From the NCBI GenBank assembly GCA_964471455.1, contig CAYYFV010000001.1, forward strand, positions 1 to 35,588: DNA of 35,588 nt, read 5' to 3'. Both the position numbers and the translations under genes were made by a program. Below, in pieces: positions 25,670 through 33,900 of the stretch. The notes beneath the pieces were generated by a model that saw only the letters and a list, made by a program, of their open reading frames with translations, was not told where the DNA came from and ran no database searches. Numbering within the stretch: the stretch's first letter is position 1; each line of letters begins with the position of its first letter. The stretch is from an uncultured Candidatus Peribacteria bacterium (GTDB lineage Bacteria > Patescibacteriota > Gracilibacteria > UBA1369 > GCA-2718715).

Positions 25670-26713
25670 ATGAACCTAAACATTTTTGTACTTATGCAAA
25701 AACACTTGTTCACTGCTGCTTGTATCTTGATAGCTTTATGTCTGATGGGCTTCGGTGGAAATGAGTTTTTTAGTACTATCCAGAAGTCATTTTACTATCG
25801 TGACGAGACTGTAAATATCGCGTTAAAATATAAAAATACGGACGCGCAGATGAGGATCGTTAGTTTTACCTCGAGCTGTCACTCGAGTTTTCGTGTGTTC
25901 GATAGCCAGATGAAACAGGTATACCCTCTAGTAATCTCCGAGGTGAAGTGTGTGAACTTTCAGAAAGATTATGTTGCGCTGGCTCCAAATCAGAACTTGG
26001 TTTTTCGTCTATCTTTAGATGCTGATAAATTGCCGAACGGATCGTACTTTGTACAAGGACTGGTGAGTGGTTTCCGACCAGGAAAGCTTATGAAGTTCGA
26101 TGTCCTGAACCGTCCGCAAATCAGATCAACACTCAATCAAAATTGTGGTAAGGCAGTCAACAAGCAATGTGAACTTGGCCTCAAATGTAGCTTTGAGAAC
26201 TCCAAAGTTATTCACCTGGGTGTGTGCAAGGCTGTCTTTGAGCAACCCGTGACCCATATATCTTCTGCGAAAAAGCCTACAACTCCTGGCCCAGGTGTAA
26301 ATAGTAGAGCTGTGGATAGGCTCGGACGCGACCAGATATTTGAGAATCGACAAATCCTGAAACTTGAAAATGTAGATTACTTTGCGAATGATGCCGTGAC
26401 TGTCTCCGAGTTTAAAAAATTAGTATTTGAAAAGAGCTTAAAAAAAATTGACCTTGTGGAATCGAATAACCTGTTGACTAAACAGCAATCTATTTACCTT
26501 TTATATTATTTTTTATATTCAGAACGATATCCAAGAAGTCTGAATGGCCTGTTTTTTCTGGACACGGTTGGAGCTAAATATACCGACTATATAGATGCAG
26601 CTGCATCTTTGGGGGTGCTGAGTATGTCTGATAAATATTTTTATCCATTTGATTTGGTAACTCGTGGAGAGGTTTTGAGAATGATTGATAAATTTTTGGC
26701 AATTAAGATTTGA
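25670..26713 (+). CDS. Secreted or anchored hypothetical protein with a beta-rich N-domain, a small Cys-rich module and a C-terminal SLH-like domain
   Basis: Signal/anchor MQKHLFTAACILIALCLMGFGG (an alternative start at 25694 is possible). Cys cluster NQNCGKAVNKQCELGLKCSFENSKVIHLGVCK. The C-terminus FLDTVGAKYTDYIDAAASLGVLSMSDKYFYPFDLVTRGEVLRMIDKFL fits the S-layer-homology pattern F.D....Y...I......G......F.P...vTRgE. Confidence 0.55.
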   Translation: MNLNIFVLMQKHLFTAACILIALCLMGFGGNEFFSTIQKSFYYRDETVNIALKYKNTDAQMRIVSFTSSCHSSFRVFDSQMKQVYPLVISEVKCVNFQKDYVALAPNQNLVFRLSLDADKLPNGSYFVQGLVSGFRPGKLMKFDVLNRPQIRSTLNQNCGKAVNKQCELGLKCSFENSKVIHLGVCKAVFEQPVTHISSAKKPTTPGPGVNSRAVDRLGRDQIFENRQILKLENVDYFANDAVTVSEFKKLVFEKSLKKIDLVESNNLLTKQQSIYLLYYFLYSERYPRSLNGLFFLDTVGAKYTDYIDAAASLGVLSMSDKYFYPFDLVTRGEVLRMIDKFLAIKI

Positions 26714-26742
26714 TTCGATCGTTTTTTTGCTATAATAAGATC

Positions 26743-27615
26743 ATGAAAAAACTGATGCCCCTATTTCTTATTTTATTGATACTGGCTGGTGCCCTGTACT
26801 TCCAAGAAGAGATTTTGGATAGGTTTGTGGGTCCTAGTTCTGATTCCAATACGCAGCAGGCACCTCCCGGGCTGCCCTCCCTGGACTTGGGACAAGCGAC
26901 GTCCAGCTCTCCCTCAGCTACTGAGACACAGGTAGCCTTGGATGATGAGTCTACAGATCAAAGCCCCGCTCCTCCTGGTCTGCCGAGTTTGGATGTAGCA
27001 CCAGACCAACCGACTACGATCGAGGACGCACAGGAAGATACCCTGGACTTGGATGACTTGTTTATAGAGGACACAACTCAGGATCGGGAAGATCAATCAA
27101 GCGATGGTGACTCAGCTATGACTGCCCCTCCCGGCTTGCCTGCATTGAGTTTTGGTACCGCTCCTGAGCAGCCTAGCTCTCAAGAAGCCCCGACCCCTGA
27201 CGAGCTTTTGCCGGTACCGAATCTAGAGATACAAGAATTCAAGAACTCCTTTATTAAGTTTAAATACCCCCCAAATATCACGGTACAAAATGTATCTTTG
27301 AGTTCAGTTGACTTGAACTCAATTGAATCAAAACTATTAAATATATCATATTTCAATAACGAAAATGCGAGTTCGGTGCAGGATTTTGTCAAGGATTCCT
27401 CAAGTGTGACAAACTTCTTTGCTGAATCGGAGGTGGTAGAACTGAGTGCTGATGGGGTGGATCAGGTCTTTTTGGCCACAGATTTAATCTCACAAACCAA
27501 ATTCTACTTAATAGCTAAAGATAATCTATTTGTTTTAATTGAAATTGATATTGAGCGTGAATATGAATTTGTTGAGCAGCTTTTAATTCCTTCAATAGAA
27601 TCTCAAATCATCTAA
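26743..27615 (+). CDS. Secreted or anchored hypothetical protein with an acidic disordered region carrying three APPGLP(S/A)L motifs, plus a C-terminal globular domain
   Basis: I prefer the ATG at 26743 (MKKLMPLFLILLILAGALYF, a signal/anchor) over the TTG at 26710. The motif occurs at nt 26860-26886, 26968-26994 and 27124-27150. Confidence 0.6.
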   Translation: MKKLMPLFLILLILAGALYFQEEILDRFVGPSSDSNTQQAPPGLPSLDLGQATSSSPSATETQVALDDESTDQSPAPPGLPSLDVAPDQPTTIEDAQEDTLDLDDLFIEDTTQDREDQSSDGDSAMTAPPGLPALSFGTAPEQPSSQEAPTPDELLPVPNLEIQEFKNSFIKFKYPPNITVQNVSLSSVDLNSIESKLLNISYFNNENASSVQDFVKDSSSVTNFFAESEVVELSADGVDQVFLATDLISQTKFYLIAKDNLFVLIEIDIEREYEFVEQLLIPSIESQII

Positions 27616-27626
27616 CCCCTCAAAGA

Positions 27627-29027
27627 ATGCAACTGTCTTTCTATGGCGCCGCACGTGAAGTGACTGGGTCTAAACACATGATTAAGGTCAATGGCAAAAC
27701 AATTCTCTTGGACTGTGGTATTTTTCAGGGGCATAGGGCTAAGTCTGCAGAAAAAAACAAAGACCTGATGTTTGATGCAAAAAGTATCGATTTTGTGATT
27801 CTATCTCATGCACACATGGACCATAGTGGTCTCTTGCCAATGTTGGTCAAAAATGGCTATAACGGCCCCATCTTGACTACAAGTGCGACCCGAGAGCTAT
27901 GTACTTATATGTTGCAAGACTCGGCCATGATTCAGGAAAATGATGTCGCATGGTTACTGAAACATAAAAAAGAAGTCGTCGAACCTCTCTACACCTCCGA
28001 GGATGTGATTCCAACCTTGAATCAAATGCTAACCATCCCCTACAACATGGACTTTGAAATATGTGATGGGGTCAAGGTGACATTCTTAGACGCGGGGCAT
28101 ATTCTTGGATCATCCATTACAGTCCTGGATATTATCGAAGATGGAGTCTCCTATAGACTTACCTTCACTGGAGACCTCGGACGTAAAGGCCTGCCAATTT
28201 TGCGAGATCCGCAGTTGGTAGACCAAACAGATATTTTGATTACTGAATCGACTTATGGTAACCGTCTACATAAATTTATTGAAGATGTAGATGTGTATCT
28301 AGAGAAACTTTTAAATAAAGCTATTAAGAGAGGTGGTAAGATTATAATTCCTGCCTTTGCTCTCGAACGCACTCAGGAAGTTGTCTACTATCTGCATCTT
28401 TTGATTAAGCAGGGACGTATTCCCCAAATCCCTATTTTTGTAGACTCCCCCCTGGCAACTAATGTGACAGATGTGTTTCGGGCCCACCCGGAATGTTTTG
28501 ATAAGGAAATTTATGACGAGTTTTGTACCGATAACCAAAATCCCTTTGGTTTTGGGATGCTAAAATATACACGCTCTGTCGAAGAGTCCAAATCGCTAAA
28601 TCGTAAACATGGTCCATTTGTGATTGTCTCAGCTTCGGGAATGTGTGAATTTGGCCGTGTGGTTCACCACTTAAAAAATAATATTACAGATCCGAACAAC
28701 TTGGTTTTGATTGTTGGATTTCAGGCTGAAAACACCCTAGGTCGTAAATTGGTTGATGGCGAAACAGCTGTGCGTATCCACGGAGAAATATACCCTGTCA
28801 AGGCTGAGGTGGCGGTAGTCGATGCATTTAGTGGTCATGCTGATAGATCCGACCTGATGACATTTATCTCTAATATAAAAGGCCTTAAAAAGACTTTCAT
28901 AGTGCATGGAGAAGAAACCCAGGCCAATACATTTGCTCGGATTCTTGGAGATACACACCCAGAAACAGAGGTGTTTGTTCCCTCTCGGGGGCAAAGCTTT
29001 GATCTGTCGGCTGAGGAATTTGCATAG
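27627..29027 (+). CDS. Metallo-beta-lactamase fold, beta-CASP family RNA-metabolising hydrolase
   Basis: HxHxDH motif ILSHAHMDHSG, then ...LDAGHILGSS..., TESTYGNR, the beta-CASP region, and C-terminal FSGHADRSDL ... FIVHGE. 466 aa. Confidence 0.8.
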   Translation: MQLSFYGAAREVTGSKHMIKVNGKTILLDCGIFQGHRAKSAEKNKDLMFDAKSIDFVILSHAHMDHSGLLPMLVKNGYNGPILTTSATRELCTYMLQDSAMIQENDVAWLLKHKKEVVEPLYTSEDVIPTLNQMLTIPYNMDFEICDGVKVTFLDAGHILGSSITVLDIIEDGVSYRLTFTGDLGRKGLPILRDPQLVDQTDILITESTYGNRLHKFIEDVDVYLEKLLNKAIKRGGKIIIPAFALERTQEVVYYLHLLIKQGRIPQIPIFVDSPLATNVTDVFRAHPECFDKEIYDEFCTDNQNPFGFGMLKYTRSVEESKSLNRKHGPFVIVSASGMCEFGRVVHHLKNNITDPNNLVLIVGFQAENTLGRKLVDGETAVRIHGEIYPVKAEVAVVDAFSGHADRSDLMTFISNIKGLKKTFIVHGEETQANTFARILGDTHPETEVFVPSRGQSFDLSAEEFA

Positions 29028-29082
29028 GGTTATCTATTGTGACTTTTTGACTTATTAGGTGACTATAACTCTCTAAAAACAT

Positions 29083-29110
29083 TTGACTTTTGAAGGTGGT
29101 TGTTTAAAAT
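29083..29110 (+). promoter_or_regulatory. Promoter of tRNA-Gly: TTGACT, 16-nt spacer, TAAAAT
   Basis: TTGACT at 29083-29088 and TAAAAT at 29105-29110. The tRNA starts 18 nt downstream of the -10 element. Confidence 0.6.
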
Positions 29111-29127
29111 GAGTACACAAATCGATT

Positions 29128-29203
29128 GCGGGTGTCGTATAGTGGCTAATTATGTCGGCCTTCCAAGCCGAAGAGGTGGGTTCGATTCCCATCACCCGCT
29201 CCA
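29128..29203 (+). tRNA. tRNA-Gly, anticodon UCC, with encoded CCA
   Basis: Hand-folded cloverleaf. Acceptor stem GCGGGTG/CACCCGC, anticodon stem TCGGC/GCCGA with loop CTTCCAA (anticodon TCC), T arm GTGGG-TTCGATT-CCCAT, discriminator U, then CCA. Confidence 0.92.
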
Positions 29204-29270
29204 GAAAAAAATGTTAGTTTTAGGGCTTACATTTTTTTAATTATTGCTAATACAGGTTGAGGCCATAGGA

Positions 29271-29298
29271 TTGATGTTCTTCACATGTGTGATAAAAT
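29271..29298 (+). promoter_or_regulatory. Promoter upstream of the YibE/F gene: TTGATG, 16-nt spacer, TAAAAT, with TG at the extended -10 position
   Basis: TTGATG at 29271-29276 and TGATAAAAT at 29290-29298. The ATG lies 26 nt downstream. Confidence 0.5.
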
Positions 29299-29323
29299 GG
29301 GTAAGAAATCATAAAAGTTTTTA

Positions 29324-30424
29324 ATGAAAAAGCGTAATATCATGAACATTGGCCTTGCAATCATCTTAGTGATTAGTGCTTTGATAAGCTTTTCTGGCCA
29401 AGGAAAACTAGAAGAATATAAATATAAGGCTGAAATAACTAAAGCTATTTCAATAACTGAAACTAAGCAGCAGTTGGAGGTTAAGATATTAAGTGGCGAA
29501 TTAGACAGTCAGGAGCTGACTTTAATAAACGATGAGTCCATTGCAACTCATCAGAGAGTATTTAATCAGGGAGAGAGAGTTATGGTGTTTCACAACCCTG
29601 ATGAAGGGATGAGCTATGTATTAGATTATGAGAGGTTCCCCCAACTGCTAGTACTTTTCCTGGTATTTGTGCTAGTAGCTGTTTTGGTAACTGGAGTGCA
29701 AGGAATAGGAGCATTGGTGGGCCTTGGACTTTCTTTTATAGTAATTTTCAAGCTGATTCTACCCCTTATCCTCCAAGGATACTCGCCAGTTTGGGTTGCA
29801 ATTTTTGGCTCTATTCTAATTATTCCTCTTACATTCTATCCGTCCCATGGTATAAATAAGAAGAGCAATATTGCAATCATATCAACTTTTATTACCTTGA
29901 TAATTGCTGGGCTACTAGCTACTTTTTTTGCAGATTATGCACACTTGACTGGTCTAGCATCTGAAGAAAGTAATTTCCTTATGCTAGGGACAGCCAGTCA
30001 GATAGACTTCCAAGGGTTAATTCTAGCAGGTATTCTTATCTCAATCCTTGGGATATTGGATGATATAACAATATCCCAGGCCTCGGTAGTTCAACAATTA
30101 AAACTGGTTAAGAAAAACATTCAGTTTCCAGAACTATTTACCAGAGCTTTATCCATAGGGCGAGATCATATAGCTTCTCTGGTAAACACTCTTGTATTGG
30201 TTTATGCAGGTGCATCACTGCCAGTTCTACTACTTTTCTTGGACTACTCTAATAGTTTTGTGTCAATTATTAATTTGGAGTTTATTGCTGAGGAAGTTGT
30301 TCGTACTTTGATCGGGAGTATTGCATTGATTCTAGCTGTACCGATTACTACTGTTCTGGCAGCTTTTACTAGTATTAAAGGAGTTAAGGTGGAAGAACAT
30401 GGTCATGATCATAGTCATGGTTAG
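29324..30424 (+). CDS. YibE/F family integral membrane protein with a His-rich C-terminal tail
   Basis: 366 aa. An N-terminal anchor and soluble domain are followed by about 6 TM segments (LLVLFLVFVLVAVLVTG, ALVGLGLSFIVIFKLILPLIL, VWVAIFGSILIIPLTF, ...), colinear with YibE/F proteins. The protein ends EEHGHDHSHG. Confidence 0.7.
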   Translation: MKKRNIMNIGLAIILVISALISFSGQGKLEEYKYKAEITKAISITETKQQLEVKILSGELDSQELTLINDESIATHQRVFNQGERVMVFHNPDEGMSYVLDYERFPQLLVLFLVFVLVAVLVTGVQGIGALVGLGLSFIVIFKLILPLILQGYSPVWVAIFGSILIIPLTFYPSHGINKKSNIAIISTFITLIIAGLLATFFADYAHLTGLASEESNFLMLGTASQIDFQGLILAGILISILGILDDITISQASVVQQLKLVKKNIQFPELFTRALSIGRDHIASLVNTLVLVYAGASLPVLLLFLDYSNSFVSIINLEFIAEEVVRTLIGSIALILAVPITTVLAAFTSIKGVKVEEHGHDHSHG

Positions 30425-30594
30425 GCTACTTAGGTATATAATTTGGGGGTAATACTACTATTCATTTATTCCTCCGATACAAATTGAGGCTCTTGCTACT
30501 AACATACAAAATATAGGCTAGCTGACTATTTGCTTTTTAATTTACTTAGCTTTAAAATTTAATTAAGCAGAAAAAAAATGTAATAAACTGGCTT

Positions 30595-31230
30595 ATGATT
30601 TTATCTGATCAAGATATTCTTAAATATTTAGAATCTGGAGATATAGATATCCAGCCTTTTAATAAGAAGTACTTACAACCAGCCTCTATAGATTTGCATC
30701 TAGATAAACACTTTTTAGTTTTCGATACCCAAAAACACCATGTAATTGATCCCAAACTACCAGTTGATGACATGATGAGGGAAGTAATGATTGAAGAGGA
30801 TGAAGCTTTTATTCTTCACCCCGGAGAGTTTGCACTTGGTTTGATTTATGAAAAGACTGGAGTGTCCAGCCTATTTGCTGGAAGGTTGGAGGGTAAGAGT
30901 AGTGTTGGAAGACTAGGAGTTTTAATTCATGTAACAGCAGGGTTCTTGGATCCAGGAAACTCACTACAAATGACCTTGGAGCTGCATAATGTATCAAACC
31001 TACCGATTAAACTGTACTACAAGATGCCAATTGCTCAGATTGCATTCGAACAGCTATCTTCAGAATGTTTAACTCCCTATTCCAAGAAGCCTGGAGGTAA
31101 ATATGTAGGAGATACAAAACCTAGAGCTTCACAAATGTGGAGGAACTTTAGGCCCATAGAAGATAATTCAATTAACACTAATAAAAATGAAAACTGCCAT
31201 AATATCATCCTCCCAAAGTCCAGAGTCTAA
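30595..31230 (+). CDS. dcd: dCTP deaminase (dUTPase superfamily)
   Basis: MILSDQDILKYLESGDIDIQPF...LQPASIDLHLD..., GEFALG, and GRLEGKSSVGRLGVLIH. A ~25-aa C-terminal extension overlaps the next gene by 44 nt. Confidence 0.85.
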   Translation: MILSDQDILKYLESGDIDIQPFNKKYLQPASIDLHLDKHFLVFDTQKHHVIDPKLPVDDMMREVMIEEDEAFILHPGEFALGLIYEKTGVSSLFAGRLEGKSSVGRLGVLIHVTAGFLDPGNSLQMTLELHNVSNLPIKLYYKMPIAQIAFEQLSSECLTPYSKKPGGKYVGDTKPRASQMWRNFRPIEDNSINTNKNENCHNIILPKSRV

Positions 31231-31705
31231 GTCATACATCTTATGCAGAGAGATTGAAAAGAGACTCCTAGAAAAAGGCGTAGACGTTGTATTTGTTGAT
31301 ACAAAAGAATATACCTTAGGAACATATAACAAACAAACTGAAGATAACAAGAAAGTTGCTGAACTAATTAAAGGCTGTGACAACTATGTATTTGGTATGG
31401 CTGTATATCAATACTCTTTCAATGCAAATCTGAAAATTATCTTCGATACTTGTATGAGTGAGTGTGATAATAAGCTATTTGGAATGCTTGTTTCAGCTGG
31501 AGGCCAAAAAGGCTATCTATCATATATGCAACCAATACAGATTTGTATGAACGAATGGCGTATGATTGCTTTACCTCGAGTGGTATATTGTAACTCAGGT
31601 GACTTTGAATTCAGTGGGGAAACTAAAGTCCCAGGTGAGGATTTAAGAGCCCGATTAGATGAATTTGCAGATAATTTTCATACAATCGGAGAAAAATTGA
31701 TGTAA
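31187..31705 (+). CDS. NADPH-dependent FMN reductase-like flavodoxin-fold protein
   Basis: 172 aa. MKTAIISSSQSPESKSYILCREIEKRLLEKGVDVVFVD...CDNYVFGMAVYQYSFNANLK fits the FMN_red pattern (GS.R..S.s ... p.Yn.s....lKn). Confidence 0.55.
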   Translation: MKTAIISSSQSPESKSYILCREIEKRLLEKGVDVVFVDTKEYTLGTYNKQTEDNKKVAELIKGCDNYVFGMAVYQYSFNANLKIIFDTCMSECDNKLFGMLVSAGGQKGYLSYMQPIQICMNEWRMIALPRVVYCNSGDFEFSGETKVPGEDLRARLDEFADNFHTIGEKLM

Positions 31706-31795
31706 TGACTGTGATTTATCATAACCCTAGAGTTTTAGCTTTTCAAAAGGTCTTTATTGAGGTACAATCAGACTAATTCTATATAAATTTAGCTG

Positions 31796-32077
31796 ATGTA
31801 CAAAAAATTTTTAACTATCTCCCTGCTTTTATTTGTCAGTGTATACCTGTACTCCCAAAATGACTATGCACAATTCCTAATGGGAAATACACAGGTGATT
31901 GCTTTGAACTTGATACCGGTCCAAAGCTTAGAGATTAGAGATGGACAATACTTTGCAACTATTTCTAATGGATACGAAGAAAAGCAAGTAGCAGTTAAAC
32001 TTACCTCCCCTATCAATAGTGGTAGTGTCAGTGTGGATTATAAATTAGGAAAAAATGAATTCTTTGTTACAAAATAA
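31796..32077 (+). CDS. Small secreted hypothetical protein
   Basis: 93 aa with a signal-like N-terminus MYKKFLTISLLLFVSVYLYSQ. Overlaps the mnmA start by 23 nt. No recognisable family. Confidence 0.45.
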   Translation: MYKKFLTISLLLFVSVYLYSQNDYAQFLMGNTQVIALNLIPVQSLEIRDGQYFATISNGYEEKQVAVKLTSPINSGSVSVDYKLGKNEFFVTK

Positions 32078-33113
32078 TAAAGTGGCACTTTTAGCTTCAG
32101 GAGGAGTTGATAGTTCAGTGGCCTTAGCTTTACTAAAAGAAGAGGGCTTTGAAGTTGAAGCCTTCTATCTCAAGATATGGTTGGAAGACGAGCTGGCTTT
32201 CTTGGGTGAGTGTCCCTGGCAAGAAGATTTAGATTACCTGGAAAAGGTTTGTAAGCAACTAGATGTTAAACTGCATATTATTCCTATGCAAAAAGAGTAC
32301 TTTGAAAAGGTAGTTAACTATACTATTAATGAAGTTAAATCTGGAAGAACACCTAATCCAGATGTGATGTGTAATAACCATATCAAATTTGGGATGTTTC
32401 TGGAAAAAGTACCTGAAGGTTTTGGACATATTGCTTCTGGGCACTACGCTCAAACAACTGCAATAGAAGGAACTTGTTATTTGAAGCAATCCCCTGACCT
32501 GATTAAAGACCAAACTTATTTCTTAGCCAATCTAGACAGGCAAGTTTTAGCTAGGATACTTTTTCCTATTGGTAAATATACAAAAGAAGAAGTTAGAGGC
32601 TTAGCTGAGAAGTATAACTTAGCTAACAAGAACCGGAAAGACTCCCAGGGTATTTGCTTTTTAGGTAAGCTAAAGTTCAATGAATTTTTGGAGCACTACC
32701 TAGGTAGCAAGCAAGGTGATATTATAGACTTTGACAGTAAGGAGGTACTAGGTGAACATAACGGCTTCTATTACCATACCATAGGCCAAAGAAAAGGCTT
32801 AGGTCTATCAGGCGGTCCATACTATGTGGTGGATAAAGATGTTGAGAATAATATAATCTATGTTTCAAAGACCTACTACGCAGAAGATAAGACTAGAAAT
32901 ACATTTAGAATTGAAAACTTAAACTTATTTGGAAAGAGTTTAGAGACTTATAGTGACTTAACAGTTAAAATCAGACATGGAGAAAAGAAATACAGTTGCA
33001 AGATACAAGATGATCGTGTTTTGTTAGATGAATCGGACCAAGGAATTGCTAAAGGCCAATTTGCTGTCTTCTATAGCCAGGATATTTGTTTGGGGGCAGC
33101 CCGAATTGCGTAA
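32055..33113 (+). CDS. mnmA: tRNA 2-thiouridine(34) synthase MnmA
   Basis: PP-loop VALLASGGVDSSVA, then NPDVMCNNHIKFG, DQTYFL, and KDSQGICFLG. 352 aa. Confidence 0.92.
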   Translation: MNSLLQNNKVALLASGGVDSSVALALLKEEGFEVEAFYLKIWLEDELAFLGECPWQEDLDYLEKVCKQLDVKLHIIPMQKEYFEKVVNYTINEVKSGRTPNPDVMCNNHIKFGMFLEKVPEGFGHIASGHYAQTTAIEGTCYLKQSPDLIKDQTYFLANLDRQVLARILFPIGKYTKEEVRGLAEKYNLANKNRKDSQGICFLGKLKFNEFLEHYLGSKQGDIIDFDSKEVLGEHNGFYYHTIGQRKGLGLSGGPYYVVDKDVENNIIYVSKTYYAEDKTRNTFRIENLNLFGKSLETYSDLTVKIRHGEKKYSCKIQDDRVLLDESDQGIAKGQFAVFYSQDICLGAARIA

Positions 33114-33119
33114 GGCTAT

Positions 33120-33173
33120 CAAACAAACAACTTGAGGGGTGTTTTATTTTGTTTTGTTTGCTTTTAGCTTTTT
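33120..33173 (+). terminator. Possible A/U-rich terminator hairpin after mnmA
   Basis: CAAACAAACAA (33120-33130) pairs with TTGTTTTGTTTG (33149-33160), with one bulge. CTTTTAGCTTTTT follows. The stem is AT-rich, so stability is modest. Confidence 0.35.
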
Positions 33174-33218
33174 AAATTGTTGGATATTTAATATAATGTA
33201 GAAAATTAACATATACAC

Positions 33219-33899
33219 ATGTCTGAACAAAACAATACTTCCCTAATCATTGCTGTCCTGGTTGGTTGCTTTGCCATTGCACTCTCTATTATTTTTTATG
33301 CTATTAACATTCAAGGAGTGCCAGCTTCGGAGCAGGTGCAAGAAGTTAACAAAGTTAAGGTAGAAAAAGAGTATAACGAGAAGGAAGCTATGGATGATGA
33401 TCCTGTTTTAGGAAGTATGGATGCTCCAGTGACTTTGATTGAGTTTTCGGACTATCGATGTGGATATTGTAGAAGACACTTTGAACAAACTCTGCCTTTA
33501 ATTAAAGAAGAATATATAGATACTGGAAAAGTTAAGATGGTGTTTAGGGATGCGGCTAATTTAGGTCCGCAATCGGTATACCTAGCTAATGCAGCAAGTT
33601 GTGCACAAAAGTTGCAAGATGATGAGGCATACTATGCAGTTCACGCTGCTATTTATTCAGGCATAACTAACGAAGATGGTCTGGTTACTGTGGCCAAGAA
33701 TTTAGGGATGGATAGTGAGACATATAGAGCCTGTCTAAGCAACTTGGAACAACAGACTGAAGTTTTATTAGATACTAAAGCAGCTAAAGACTATGGAGTA
33801 CAAGGAACACCAGGCTTTTTAGTAAATGGTGAGCTTATCTCAGGCGCCCAAAGCTTTGATGTGTTTAAGCAATTTATCGAAGCTGAATTAAATAAATAA
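33219..33899 (+). CDS. Membrane-anchored thiol:disulfide oxidoreductase, DsbA/BdbD family, with an intact CxxC
   Basis: N-terminal anchor LIIAVLVGCFAIALSIIFYAI, active site FSDYRCGYCRRHF, and cis-Pro region GVQGTPGFLVNG. 226 aa. Confidence 0.85.
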   Translation: MSEQNNTSLIIAVLVGCFAIALSIIFYAINIQGVPASEQVQEVNKVKVEKEYNEKEAMDDDPVLGSMDAPVTLIEFSDYRCGYCRRHFEQTLPLIKEEYIDTGKVKMVFRDAANLGPQSVYLANAASCAQKLQDDEAYYAVHAAIYSGITNEDGLVTVAKNLGMDSETYRACLSNLEQQTEVLLDTKAAKDYGVQGTPGFLVNGELISGAQSFDVFKQFIEAELNK

Positions 33900-33900
33900 T

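Noticed and set aside
29205-29238. A 10-bp A/T inverted repeat, AAAAAAATGT...ACATTTTTTT, just after tRNA-Gly, considered as an att site or island boundary.
   Set aside because: No matching repeat of the tRNA 3-prime end occurs elsewhere in the window. It is more simply read as a weak A-tract/T-tract terminator for the tRNA.
30430-30475. The only canonical GGAGG-N5-ATG in the window, on the minus strand, heading an 11-codon ORF (MNSSITPKLYT).
   Set aside because: It is too short, has no supporting features, and lies in an organism that otherwise does not appear to use SD motifs. It is most likely a coincidence.
30595-31230. dCTP deaminase considered as a nucleotide-depletion antiphage defence gene.
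   Set aside because: It is a single-domain, ordinary-length Dcd with no fused kinase or other N-terminal domain, and it sits among housekeeping genes. The 44-nt overlap with the next gene reflects only a short C-terminal extension.
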